Of a stretch of DNA of 64,000 bases, positions 8,343 through 17,533 are shown piece after piece (position 1 is the stretch's first letter; every line of letters begins with the position of its first letter). The notes below the pieces were generated by a model. The model saw nothing but the letters and a program-made list of their open reading frames with translations, was not told the origin of the DNA and made no database searches. The translations under genes were made by a program, and so were the position numbers. Source of the stretch: Gammaproteobacteria bacterium. Lineage in GTDB: Bacteria; Pseudomonadota; Gammaproteobacteria; Tenderiales; Tenderiaceae. The DNA is taken from the NCBI GenBank assembly GCA_016200485.1, contig JACQEP010000016.1:139067-203066 (forward strand), written 5' to 3'.

Positions 8343-8948
8343 TCACACTCCCCAACGTGGAAGCAAATGATGCTCAACGTTCAAATGATCAAGCACCCGC
8401 GCTACGACAAAATCGACCAAATCTTCAATCTTTTGCGGTTGATGATAAAAGCCCGGATTCGCGGGAAGAATGGTGACACCTAGTTGCGACAGTGTAAGCA
8501 TGTTTTGTAGATGAATCGCCGACAACGGTGTTTCGCGATGTACCAGAATCAATTGCCGCCGTTCCTTGATCATGACATCGGCGGCGCGCTCCATGAGATC
8601 ACTGCTGGCGCCGCAGGCAATCGCGGACAACGTGGCGCTGGTACACGGGCACACCACCATCGCCCGTGGCGCGCCAGAACCCGAAGCGACCGGTGCCGAC
8701 CATTGATCCTTGCCGTAGACAAACAACTGATTTGGTTTTGCCTTGAAATAGGCACTCAGCTGTTGTTGTGCTTCTTTGGGGGTGCTCGACAGCTTGAGCT
8801 CTGTCTCCATGGCGATAACGACCTGTGCTGCCTGACTAATCATCAGATGCACACTCTCCCCCGCCTGCAACAAACACTCCAGCAATCGCAAACCATAGGC
8901 GGCACCCGAAGCACCGGTCATGGCCAATGCGATATCGCGACGGCTCAT
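8343..8948 (-). CDS. ubiX: flavin prenyltransferase UbiX
   Basis: 201 aa, [21 protein letters not shown]... resembles the UbiX/Pad1 family. Confidence 0.8.
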   Translation of the reverse strand: MSRRDIALAMTGASGAAYGLRLLECLLQAGESVHLMISQAAQVVIAMETELKLSSTPKEAQQQLSAYFKAKPNQLFVYGKDQWSAPVASGSGAPRAMVVCPCTSATLSAIACGASSDLMERAADVMIKERRQLILVHRETPLSAIHLQNMLTLSQLGVTILPANPGFYHQPQKIEDLVDFVVARVLDHLNVEHHLLPRWGV

Positions 8949-10321
8949 CGTTGTTCCAACGCCTTGAGCAGTTTGTCGTGGATGCCGCCGAAGCCGCCAT
9001 TGCTCATCACCAGGATGTGATCGCCGCTATGCACACGCGCCACTACATGTTTAACAATATCGGCGACGTTATTAAACACGCGCGCCCCTGGACCAATCGC
9101 CTGCGCCACTTCTTGCAACGACCAACCCAGATCACCCGATTCCATGATCACTACCTCATCCGCCGCCGCCAGTGATGGCGCCAGCGTGTGCCGATGCACG
9201 CCCAGCTTCATGGTATTGGAACGCGGCTCCAGCACGGCGATAATCCGCTGTTTGCCAACACGCTGGCGCAACCCGTCCAGTGTCAGCGTAATCGCCGTCG
9301 GATGATGGGCGAAATCATCGTATACGGTAACGCCTTTTACTGTGCCGAGCACCTCAAGCCTGCGCTTGACGCTGGCAAATTCATTCAACGCCGCGACTGC
9401 TTCACTCGCAATCACCCCCGCGTGCCGCGCGGCAGCAATCGCCGCCAGCGCATTGTGCACGTTGTGTTGTCCGAGCAGATTCCAGTTCACATCACCCACA
9501 TGCTCGTCACCCCAATACACACTAAAGCGACTACCATCGGCGGAGACATCACGCGCATTCCACAACCTTGTTTCGGGCTGCTCGACACCCGCTGTGTCAA
9601 AATATTCCACCGGTGTCCAGCAACCTTGGTTAATGACATCCGCAATATTGGGATCATCCACCGGCGCGATCACCAAACCATTGCCGGGGATCGTGCGCAC
9701 CAGATGATGAAACTGGCGCTTGATAGCATCGAGATCAGGAAAAATGTCGGCGTGGTCGTATTCGAGATTGTTGAGAATCACCGTCCGGGGCCGGTAATGC
9801 ACAAACTTGGAACGCTTGTCGAAAAACGCGGTGTCATATTCATCGGCTTCGACGACAAAAAAGGGGGCATCGCCTAGCCGTGCAGAAACCGAAAAATTAC
9901 CTGGGATGCCGCCGATCAAAAAACCCGGCTTGAGCTTGGCGTATTCGAGTATCCACGCCAGCATACTGCTGGTCGTCGTCTTGCCGTGCGTGCCGGCAAC
10001 GCCCAGCACCCAGCGACCGCGCAACACATAATCGGACAAAAACTGCGGCCCGGACATATACGGCAGATTGCGTTCGAGCACATATTCCACCGCCGGATTG
10101 CCGCGCGACATGGCGTTGCCAATTACCACCAGATCCGGCTCGGGGTTTAGATTTTTAGGGTCGTAGCCTTCAAATAATCGAATACCCTGCGCCTCAAGCT
10201 GCGTGCTCATCGGCGGATAGACATTGGCATCCGAGCCACTGATTTCATGGCCCATCTGCCGGGCCAACACCGCAATGCCGCCCATGAATGTACCGCAAAT
10301 GCCCAGTATATGAACTTTCAT
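8945..10321 (-). CDS. mpl: UDP-N-acetylmuramate:L-alanyl-gamma-D-glutamyl-meso-DAP ligase
   Basis: 458 aa, [15 protein letters not shown]...[15 protein letters not shown]...GTHGKTTT resembles Mpl. 4-bp overlap with ubiX. Confidence 0.85.
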   Translation of the reverse strand: MKVHILGICGTFMGGIAVLARQMGHEISGSDANVYPPMSTQLEAQGIRLFEGYDPKNLNPEPDLVVIGNAMSRGNPAVEYVLERNLPYMSGPQFLSDYVLRGRWVLGVAGTHGKTTTSSMLAWILEYAKLKPGFLIGGIPGNFSVSARLGDAPFFVVEADEYDTAFFDKRSKFVHYRPRTVILNNLEYDHADIFPDLDAIKRQFHHLVRTIPGNGLVIAPVDDPNIADVINQGCWTPVEYFDTAGVEQPETRLWNARDVSADGSRFSVYWGDEHVGDVNWNLLGQHNVHNALAAIAAARHAGVIASEAVAALNEFASVKRRLEVLGTVKGVTVYDDFAHHPTAITLTLDGLRQRVGKQRIIAVLEPRSNTMKLGVHRHTLAPSLAAADEVVIMESGDLGWSLQEVAQAIGPGARVFNNVADIVKHVVARVHSGDHILVMSNGGFGGIHDKLLKALEQR

Positions 10322-10322
10322 A

Positions 10323-10838
10323 TCAACCTGCCCCTGCCGCCTTGAATAAAGAGCTAATGATACTGATTGAAACGTATAAATAGACCAAGGCGATTAAAAT
10401 TCCGATAAAAAACTTGGTCGACAACGCATGCCGCAACACATGTCCGACCACCGCCAGATTCCAGGTCAGCAAACCCATCATCAACATGGTCGACACCATC
10501 GGCATCACCTCCGGCTGTTGCACTTGCCACCACAACACGGGCGCCGCAAACACAGCAAGGATGGCGCCGCTCCCGGCCAATGCCGTCAGCGTCTGCGTAA
10601 AACGGGCACCGAGGTCGCGCACCCACAGCAACAAAAACGTCAGCCCCGACACAATCAACACATCGACTATCCCTGACGCTAGCGCCAGCGCCGGCGTCAG
10701 ACTCATCAAACCCACAACGATGCTGCATAAACCATAAATAATCAGGCTCAATGCCAGCAACACGTTCGAGGACGGCAAATCCTGCGGCGCGAGCCGAAAC
10801 AGGCAAATCTTCCAGAAGGCATTGAGAATAGCGTACAT
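10323..10838 (-). CDS. inner-membrane protein, ~5 TM helices (Yip1-like?), hypothetical
   Basis: 171 aa and very hydrophobic. No recognisable motif. Confidence 0.45.
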   Translation of the reverse strand: MYAILNAFWKICLFRLAPQDLPSSNVLLALSLIIYGLCSIVVGLMSLTPALALASGIVDVLIVSGLTFLLLWVRDLGARFTQTLTALAGSGAILAVFAAPVLWWQVQQPEVMPMVSTMLMMGLLTWNLAVVGHVLRHALSTKFFIGILIALVYLYVSISIISSLFKAAGAG

Positions 10839-10943
10839 GGCAACGCGAGATGACCCGACGATAGACTAGGCTATCATTAGAACATCCCGCCTGACAAAGC
10901 TCAATGGAACTAGCCGTGACAGCCCGCATCGTGTTTAATACCT

Positions 10944-12107
10944 TTGATGCCCAAGCATTTAGCCTCCAAATATCGTTTCCCCTGGCGGGAAGGCAATCAG
11001 TTTCGACTCCTGGTCGACGGTGATCGCTTTTATCCGGCAATGCTGGAGGCTATCACGATCGCAAAACATTCCATTATCCTGGAGATGTATCTGGTACGCC
11101 CCGGCAGCGTCTTTGACCGTTTCACGACGGCTTTGCAGCTGGCCGCCAAACGCGGCGTGCAGGTATTTATTTTGTTTGACGATTACGGCTCACGCGAACT
11201 GCGCCAGATCGACCGCCAACAACTGGCGCATCCCAATATTCGTCTTACCTGGTATAACCCGTTTCACTATGGCCAACTGCGCCGCGCTTTGCTGCGTGAT
11301 CACCGCAAGCTACTAGTCGTCGACAATCGCATTGCTTATGTCGGCGGCGCCGGGTTGACCGATGATTTTATCCAACCCCATCACCGCTGGCATGACATGA
11401 TGATTGAAATCCAGGGGCCCTGCGTCTCGGACTGGCAATCACTGTTCCGCGACGCGTGGCCAGCGGCATCGCCACCGGAATCGGCAGCGCCAATTCCGGT
11501 GGCGATGCCGATTGATGCTGCTATTGGTGCGCAACTGGGCCGTGTCACTTTATCGCAACTTTCCAATCGTCAGGAAATACAGCGCTCATTAGTGCACCGG
11601 ATACGGAGCGCCGAACATTGGGTCTGGCTTAGCACCGCCTATTTCGTTCCTTCCTGGAAATTGCGGCGGGCACTGAGTTCGGCCGCCAAACGTGGTATCG
11701 ATGTGCGCCTGGTGCTGCCCGGCCCGCACACAGATCATCCTGCCATTCGTCATGCCGGAAGGCGTTTTTATTATGGACTGCTACGGCGCGGCGTCCGGAT
11801 TTATGAATATCTTCCGCGGTTTAATCACACCAAACTTTATCTCTGCGATCACTGGATCTCGATCGGTTCCAGCAACGTCGATCGCTGGAATTTATTCTGG
11901 AATCTTGAAGCCAATCAGGAAGTAGATGATCAAACACTCAGCGAAGAGGCGCGGAATCACTTCAACGAAGACTTTACGCATTGCCTGGAAATCACGCTTG
12001 AACACTGGCAGCGCCGCGCCTGGCATCGCCGGTTACTGGAACAATTCTGGGGCTGGGTAGATGCGCGCTTGAATCAATTAAGCCAGCGCTGGCGGCGTAA
12101 ATCTTGA
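10944..12107 (+). CDS. phospholipase D-family protein (cardiolipin synthase ClsB-like), two HKD motifs
   Basis: 387 aa, HRKLLVVDNRIAYVGG and HTKLYLCDHWISIGSSNVD. Confidence 0.7.
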   Translation: MMPKHLASKYRFPWREGNQFRLLVDGDRFYPAMLEAITIAKHSIILEMYLVRPGSVFDRFTTALQLAAKRGVQVFILFDDYGSRELRQIDRQQLAHPNIRLTWYNPFHYGQLRRALLRDHRKLLVVDNRIAYVGGAGLTDDFIQPHHRWHDMMIEIQGPCVSDWQSLFRDAWPAASPPESAAPIPVAMPIDAAIGAQLGRVTLSQLSNRQEIQRSLVHRIRSAEHWVWLSTAYFVPSWKLRRALSSAAKRGIDVRLVLPGPHTDHPAIRHAGRRFYYGLLRRGVRIYEYLPRFNHTKLYLCDHWISIGSSNVDRWNLFWNLEANQEVDDQTLSEEARNHFNEDFTHCLEITLEHWQRRAWHRRLLEQFWGWVDARLNQLSQRWRRKS

Positions 12108-12138
12108 ACGTAGGGGCGGGTTTAAAACCCGCCCGCAA

Positions 12139-12522
12139 TTACCAACGCGTTGACCAATCGATTGAAAGGTCGGATTGAAGGCCAATCTTTAAGGATGAAC
12201 CTGAATCAACAGGATATTCCAGGGTCAGGTGTTTGCCATCCCGCGCCATGCCCGCGCGCGGCAGGTCGGAGGCTGAAGCCCTCAATTCAAGGCGTGGCTT
12301 CTCTGCAAACGAGGCCTTTTCTGATTCGATGACCACATCAGGGATGATTTCCTGCAATCGCTCACGCGGCAACTGTAATGCAATCGATTTGGATTTTTGA
12401 ACGAATGTCTTGGCCGGTACTGCCGCAGCGACCTGTTTTTTTTCCACTGCCACCGCACCCCCGGCCAACCCCAGCAGGGCGACCCCGACGACTGTTGTAA
12501 CTTGCCGTTGCAGTGTTTTCAT
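12139..12522 (-). CDS. secreted hypothetical protein (signal peptide)
   Basis: 127 aa, N-terminal signal peptide VVGVALLGLAGGAVA. Confidence 0.45.
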   Translation of the reverse strand: MKTLQRQVTTVVGVALLGLAGGAVAVEKKQVAAAVPAKTFVQKSKSIALQLPRERLQEIIPDVVIESEKASFAEKPRLELRASASDLPRAGMARDGKHLTLEYPVDSGSSLKIGLQSDLSIDWSTRW

Positions 12523-12660
12523 AACCTACCCTCTCTACCCGTGTAACCCGCCGAGTGGTCTTGGGCTTTGCCCAGACCGGTATTTTTGGTTCTTGGCTTG
12601 ACTGCCCCCACGACAGTGCCACACTCCCCGACAAGGATGACTATGCTACTCATAAGGGTT

Positions 12661-12879
12661 TTAAATGTCTACTCGTTTGTGGTAATCGCGGTTCATCCAG
12701 CACTGGGGCAGGACCTCTCCCGAGGGGAACGTCAATCCGGCCTTGGTAAATCTTTGAGTTTCCTGCATTTCTTCACCGGCATGGAAGCGCCCCTTAATTT
12801 GATCGACGCAGGGATCGATCAGCGACGCCACGTCCATGACCTCAACCATGTCTCCGGTCTTCTTAGCTTTTAGATACAT
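12661..12879 (-). CDS. small hypothetical protein
   Basis: 72-aa ORF with no recognisable motif. Confidence 0.25.
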   Translation of the reverse strand: MYLKAKKTGDMVEVMDVASLIDPCVDQIKGRFHAGEEMQETQRFTKAGLTFPSGEVLPQCWMNRDYHKRVDI

Positions 12880-13081
12880 AGCTCACCTCGGTACCTTTAT
12901 ACTGAACTATAATTTTAATATAGCCTCTTATCTAGTAATTAACAGGGCGAATAAAGAGTGACGCGCAGTGGCTGAAAGATTGACAGTTTTTTAACTGGCC
13001 TGCATCAAGTTCCACCCTGGTTCATCCGATAGCTTCAGAGTACCTAACCATGAGTATCACCCATTGTATTTGGAGGGAAAA

Positions 13082-14221
13082 ATGAGTTCTTTACGCCGGT
13101 TACAGGAGTTCGGCCAAAGCGTTTGGTACGACAATATCCAGCGCAGCATGTTGGGCCCTGGCAAGGAATTGGCACTACTGATTGAGGAGGATGGGCTGCG
13201 GGGAGTCACCTCCAACCCTTCGATTTTCGAGAAGGCCATCAACGGCAGCAAGGATTACGACGACGCCCTGCTGCGCCACGTCAAAGGTGGTCTCAGCGAT
13301 AGCCGCGATCTGTTCTTTGCCCTGGCCATCGAGGATATCCAGGGGGCCGCCGACCAGCTGCTCCCGGTCTATCGCAAGACCAACGGCCTGGACGGTTATG
13401 TCAGCCTGGAGGTCTCGCCGGACCTGGCCTACAACGCCAGCGCCACCATCGCCGAGGCCAAGCGCCTGGCGGAGCGCGTCAATCGCCCCAACTTAATGAT
13501 CAAGGTACCTTCGACCCAGGAAGGCATTGAGGCCGTCGAGGTGTTGACCGCCGCCGGGATCAACATCAATGCCACTCTTCTCTTCGGAGTGGATCGCTAT
13601 GAAGAGATCGCCCGCGCCTATCTGCGTGGTCTGCGTCAACGTCTGAGCCTGGGCCAGCCGGTGACCAAGATCGCCTCGGTCGCCAGCTTCTTCGTCAGCC
13701 GGGTGGATACCCTGGTCGACAGCTTGTTGGAACAAAAAGCCGCTAAAGGCAACGACCGAAGCCGCTGCGACCAATTAATGAACAAGGTGGCCATCGCCAA
13801 TGCCAAAGTCGCCTACGCCCTGTTCCAGCACCTCTACCGTCACGAATTTAGCGACCTGGAAGCAGCAGGCGCCCGGCCACAACGCCTGCTCTGGGCCAGC
13901 ACCGGCACCAAAAACCCGAACCTCAGCGACGTGGCCTATATCGACAACTTGATCGGGGCGGATACGGTCAATACTATCCCGCCCGCCACCTACAAGGCCT
14001 TTAAGGACCACGGCACGGTGGCCGCCACCCTCGAACAGGGGCTGGATGCTGCCCCCAAATTAATGGCTGAACTGAAACAAGTTGGCATTGACTTCAACGC
14101 CGTTACCCGGCAATTGGAAGACGAGGGTGTCAAGACTTTCGACAAGGCCTTCCAAACCCTGTTGCTGGCGATCAACAGCAAGGTGCAGGCACTCACCCCC
14201 GGCAGCCGGGTACGGGCATAA
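13082..14221 (+). CDS. tal: transaldolase
   Basis: Transaldolase-like throughout (SVWYDNIQRSML...GVTSNPSIFEKAI...). Start chosen at the second ATG (13082), which has a GGAGGG Shine-Dalgarno. Confidence 0.8.
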   Translation: MSSLRRLQEFGQSVWYDNIQRSMLGPGKELALLIEEDGLRGVTSNPSIFEKAINGSKDYDDALLRHVKGGLSDSRDLFFALAIEDIQGAADQLLPVYRKTNGLDGYVSLEVSPDLAYNASATIAEAKRLAERVNRPNLMIKVPSTQEGIEAVEVLTAAGININATLLFGVDRYEEIARAYLRGLRQRLSLGQPVTKIASVASFFVSRVDTLVDSLLEQKAAKGNDRSRCDQLMNKVAIANAKVAYALFQHLYRHEFSDLEAAGARPQRLLWASTGTKNPNLSDVAYIDNLIGADTVNTIPPATYKAFKDHGTVAATLEQGLDAAPKLMAELKQVGIDFNAVTRQLEDEGVKTFDKAFQTLLLAINSKVQALTPGSRVRA

Positions 14222-14247
14222 TTCAACGCTTCGCAAATCAATAAACC

Positions 14248-14278
14248 GTGTGCGCCGCAAGGCGCGCACGTGTTTTGG
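14248..14278 (+). terminator. Rho-independent terminator after tal
   Basis: GC-rich hairpin GTGCGCC-GCAA-GGCGCGCAC followed by GTGTTTTGG. Confidence 0.55.
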
Positions 14279-14305
14279 CGTTAGAATATCGTTTTTATCT
14301 GCGCC

Positions 14306-15175
14306 ATGGATATCTGGAACACTATTGATCGTGCTATCAGCACCGCCTGCGGAACACCGTTTCAGGCACAACAACGCCTAGCATTAGGCGGCGGCTGTAT
14401 CAATCACAGCTATAAACTCAGTACTGGCCACCAGCATTTCTTTGTTAAGCTCAACGCTGCCGCCAAGCTAGAGATGTTTATCGCAGAGGCCGAGGGTTTG
14501 CAGGCCCTTGCCGATAGCGCCACCATCCGTGTCCCCACCGTTATTTGTTACGGCATTGCCAATGACCAGGCATATCTGGCGCTTGAATACCTGCCGCTTA
14601 CCGCGCGCGGCGATCAGGCGCAGTTAGGACAGGCGCTCGCCCGACTCCACCGCTGCACGGGTCCACGCTACGGCTGGCACCGCAGCAATACCATTGGCGC
14701 CACGCCACAATACAATACTTATGCGGACAGCTGGCTTGATTTTTGGCGTGAGCAACGTTTGGGATTTCAATTAGCCCTCGCTGCTGAAAATGGCTTTCGC
14801 GGCAGTTTACAAGCGAAAGGCCGGGAATTATTAAATGGACTGGATTTACTGCTGGGCACGCACCAACCGGCGCCATCGCTCGTCCATGGCGACTTGTGGT
14901 CCGGCAATTACGCATTTACTACGGAGGGCTCACCCGTCATTTTTGACCCGGCTGTGCATTATGGCGACCGCGAAACCGACTTGGCGATGACCGAGCTATT
15001 TGGCGGTTTCAGCAATGAGTTTTATCGCGCCTATCAAGCAGAGTACCCGCTGCCTGCAGGCTATGAAACGCGTAAAATACTCTACAACCTGTATCATGTG
15101 CTCAATCATCTACATCTATTCGGCGGCGGTTATCTGCGCCAGGCCGAAACCATGATTGACGAATTGTTACGTTAA
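14306..15175 (+). CDS. fructosamine/ketosamine-3-kinase family protein
   Basis: 289 aa, ...VHGDLWSGNYAF...DPAVHYGDRETDLAM resembles the FN3K/YniA family. Confidence 0.75.
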   Translation: MDIWNTIDRAISTACGTPFQAQQRLALGGGCINHSYKLSTGHQHFFVKLNAAAKLEMFIAEAEGLQALADSATIRVPTVICYGIANDQAYLALEYLPLTARGDQAQLGQALARLHRCTGPRYGWHRSNTIGATPQYNTYADSWLDFWREQRLGFQLALAAENGFRGSLQAKGRELLNGLDLLLGTHQPAPSLVHGDLWSGNYAFTTEGSPVIFDPAVHYGDRETDLAMTELFGGFSNEFYRAYQAEYPLPAGYETRKILYNLYHVLNHLHLFGGGYLRQAETMIDELLR

Positions 15176-15197
15176 TTCAGAACCAAGGAATTTTAAA

Positions 15198-15533
15198 GTG
15201 GCTGCCAAGAAGAAAGTCTACAAAGTGATTTTTCACAACCAGGGCAAGATTTACGAAATCTATGCCCGCAACGTCGAGCAAGGCGATTTATTGGGCTTTG
15301 TCGAGATCAGCGGCCTGATCTTTGGTGAAAAATCCAAAATGTTGGTTGACCCGGGCGAAGAAAAACTGGAAGCGGAATTCTCGGGCGTGGAATCCTGTCT
15401 GATCCCGATGCATGCTGTGGTGCGTATTGACCAGGTCACCAAGGAAGGGCACAACAAAATATTGGCTGAAGACCAAGGCGGCAACATCACCGCTTTTCCG
15501 TCACCGATCATTGCGCCGCGCCGAAACGATTAA
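15198..15533 (+). CDS. DUF1820 family protein
   Basis: GTG start with an AAGGAA Shine-Dalgarno. VAAKKKVYKVIFHNQGKIYEIYARNVEQGDLLGFVEI... Confidence 0.5.
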   Translation: MAAKKKVYKVIFHNQGKIYEIYARNVEQGDLLGFVEISGLIFGEKSKMLVDPGEEKLEAEFSGVESCLIPMHAVVRIDQVTKEGHNKILAEDQGGNITAFPSPIIAPRRND

Positions 15534-15536
15534 CTG

Positions 15537-15562
15537 CAGGGGCGATTCATGAATCGCCCCTG
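15537..15562. repeat. REP-like perfect palindrome CAGGGGCGATTCATGAATCGCCCCTG
   Basis: Sits between convergent genes. Confidence 0.8.
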
Positions 15563-15567
15563 CATAA

Positions 15568-16398
15568 TCACAAACTCCCTTTGAACGTTAACTGCAACAA
15601 CTTGCCATGTGTCTTATCCGCCAGCGATTGATACTCAACCTTGGTTCCGGGGTCTGATTGCCCAATAGGAATCGTAAAAACCGGTGCCGGAATATTCAGA
15701 TAATAGATACGATCGTCCGACGGCTCATCGCCAAGCAGGACATAAGCACCGGGTTTGGGGGCATTTTTCGCCGCGCGCACGAAAGCATCACCGATAGTTT
15801 CATTATTACCCATAAATGGCGCGCCCTTCATGAAACTGTCCAGAATCTCACCCATGGTGCCCTGATAAGTATCGGCATTGCCATCGGCGAACCAGGTCAG
15901 CGCCGAAAGCTCCTTGCCTGAACGAATCACAATCACTCTTAACAACGGCACTAGAAACGTCGCCGCACCGTGCATTGAACCCGTGGCATCGATCACCAAA
16001 TGGATATCCTTGCCCGGAATATCTTTCAATCCTCTGATAAAAACATCAAAGTCACGCCGCCCCGTAGCTGAATCCAGGCCCACGGATTGCAGCACTTTCT
16101 CGATCTGGGCATCCGTACCCATGCCCGCCATTTCGTCCAGCTCGCCATAAAGGCGGCTGTTATCGTTTTCCTTTTGCTTCAGCTCTTCCTTGAGCTCGGC
16201 CAGCTCCTTCTTCATGCGCGGAAAATTCACCTTTTCATTGACGCGCGATGTAATCATGACCACCACTAACACGAAAATAAAAGTACCGAGCATCATCAAC
16301 ACCATGTCGATGAAGATACGCTCATATCCTCCGCTTTCCGTGGTTCGACGTCGGCGTTTCATTAACGTATCCGGAACACTTCCAGCAAACGCACCCAC
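15568..16398 (-). CDS. ExbD/TolR/MotB-like TM anchor, coiled coil, and vWA domain protein
   Basis: 276 aa. The N-terminal TM FIDMVLMMLGTFIFVLVVVM is ExbD-like. A coiled coil follows (KKELAELKEELKQKEN). The C-terminal vWA domain has a MIDAS-like IHLVIDATGSM and TIGDAFVRAA...YVLLGDEPSDD. Confidence 0.6.
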   Translation of the reverse strand: MGAFAGSVPDTLMKRRRRTTESGGYERIFIDMVLMMLGTFIFVLVVVMITSRVNEKVNFPRMKKELAELKEELKQKENDNSRLYGELDEMAGMGTDAQIEKVLQSVGLDSATGRRDFDVFIRGLKDIPGKDIHLVIDATGSMHGAATFLVPLLRVIVIRSGKELSALTWFADGNADTYQGTMGEILDSFMKGAPFMGNNETIGDAFVRAAKNAPKPGAYVLLGDEPSDDRIYYLNIPAPVFTIPIGQSDPGTKVEYQSLADKTHGKLLQLTFKGSL

Positions 16399-17348
16399 CA
16401 GGGACGCTTCAAATGCAACAAGAGACGCATTTCTTCGCGCAACAATTCGCAGTAGGCTCGATGTTCCTTGATCAAGGCTTCGAGTGGCTTACCACCCTCG
16501 GGCGAGTTATCGCTAAGACTGCGAATTTCGCTACGAAAATCGTGCAAGGTTTGCCGCGAGCGATCAAAAGATTCGTGCAGACGCTGAATGTTGACATCCA
16601 GTGCGCGCACCTCTTCATTCAGCAGCCGCACATCCCGCTCCACCGTGCGCACATAATCCGCCGAGCAATACACCAGGCAGATGCGCATCAAATTATCGTG
16701 CAGGCCTTCGACACCATGCTGAGTGATCTGGGCGAAAATGCGCAACAATACGCCACCCAATACCGCCCCCAGCAAGGTCGCATAAAAGGCCGTACCCATG
16801 CCGCTCATGGCATGCTGCAGGCCGGACAACATCATGTCCTGATCCTGACCCAGGGCTTCGAGCGAACTGCTCAATCCGGTCAGCGTCATGGTCAACCCCA
16901 TTACGGTACCGATCAATCCCAGCGTAATCAGCACCGTACCCACTACCTCAATCGAATGACTGATACGCTCGAATGCCGCCAGCTCGACATGGAGCAATGT
17001 TTCCACATCCACGTCACCCTTGGCCTCTACCGTAAATTTTATCGATTTGAAAAAGCGGTCAGCCGCGCGTTTGCCAGAGTGAATGATAATCGCATTCAAA
17101 CCACCTTCGCGCGCCGAATACTCCAACTGAGAAGACCGGACAGCCTCTTTGGTAATCAGCATCGTCAAGGCAAAACTACCGATGATCCCAAGCAGAAAGA
17201 GCCCGGAAATCAGCCAGGTAATATGGCTGGCGTCACGCTCCATGAACGACCAGACCTCGGTGTCCCGGTACAGGGTGAGATACACGACCAGCGCCGTGCT
17301 GGCCCAAATGGTCCACAAAATTAAGGTACGGTAAGGTGTCTGATTCAT
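16362..17348 (-). CDS. MotA/TolQ/ExbB proton-channel family protein with extended coiled-coil C-tail
   Basis: 328 aa, signature ITLGLIGTVMGLTMTL, ~100-aa cytoplasmic tail. Overlaps the downstream gene by 37 bp. Confidence 0.65.
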   Translation of the reverse strand: MNQTPYRTLILWTIWASTALVVYLTLYRDTEVWSFMERDASHITWLISGLFLLGIIGSFALTMLITKEAVRSSQLEYSAREGGLNAIIIHSGKRAADRFFKSIKFTVEAKGDVDVETLLHVELAAFERISHSIEVVGTVLITLGLIGTVMGLTMTLTGLSSSLEALGQDQDMMLSGLQHAMSGMGTAFYATLLGAVLGGVLLRIFAQITQHGVEGLHDNLMRICLVYCSADYVRTVERDVRLLNEEVRALDVNIQRLHESFDRSRQTLHDFRSEIRSLSDNSPEGGKPLEALIKEHRAYCELLREEMRLLLHLKRPWWVRLLEVFRIR

Positions 17349-17474
17349 CCCGATCCGGCGCCCCTCAACGCCTCATCCCTGAATCGTCGCTGGCCGACGA
17401 TTATCGCGATTCTATCGGGTTACTATACCGTTGGAGTGTTTGATCTGGCTAGCATCGTGATCTGGGATATCGCG

Positions 17475-17496
17475 GGGGCGATTCATGAATCGTCCT
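17475..17496. repeat. REP-like palindrome copy GGGGGCGATTCATGAATCGTCC (imperfect)
   Basis: Lies between the sensor kinase and the MotA-like gene. Confidence 0.65.
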
Positions 17497-17533
17497 TACC
17501 TAAACCGTGGGCGACGTTTGCGCAATGTGCCAA

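Noticed and set aside
9188-9877. 229-aa ORF antisense to mpl
   Set aside because: It lies entirely within the mpl coding region on the opposite strand and has no recognisable features.
10354-11040. 228-aa minus-strand ORF overlapping both the membrane-protein gene and the PLD gene start
   Set aside because: It overlaps two better-supported genes in other frames and its translation is low-complexity.
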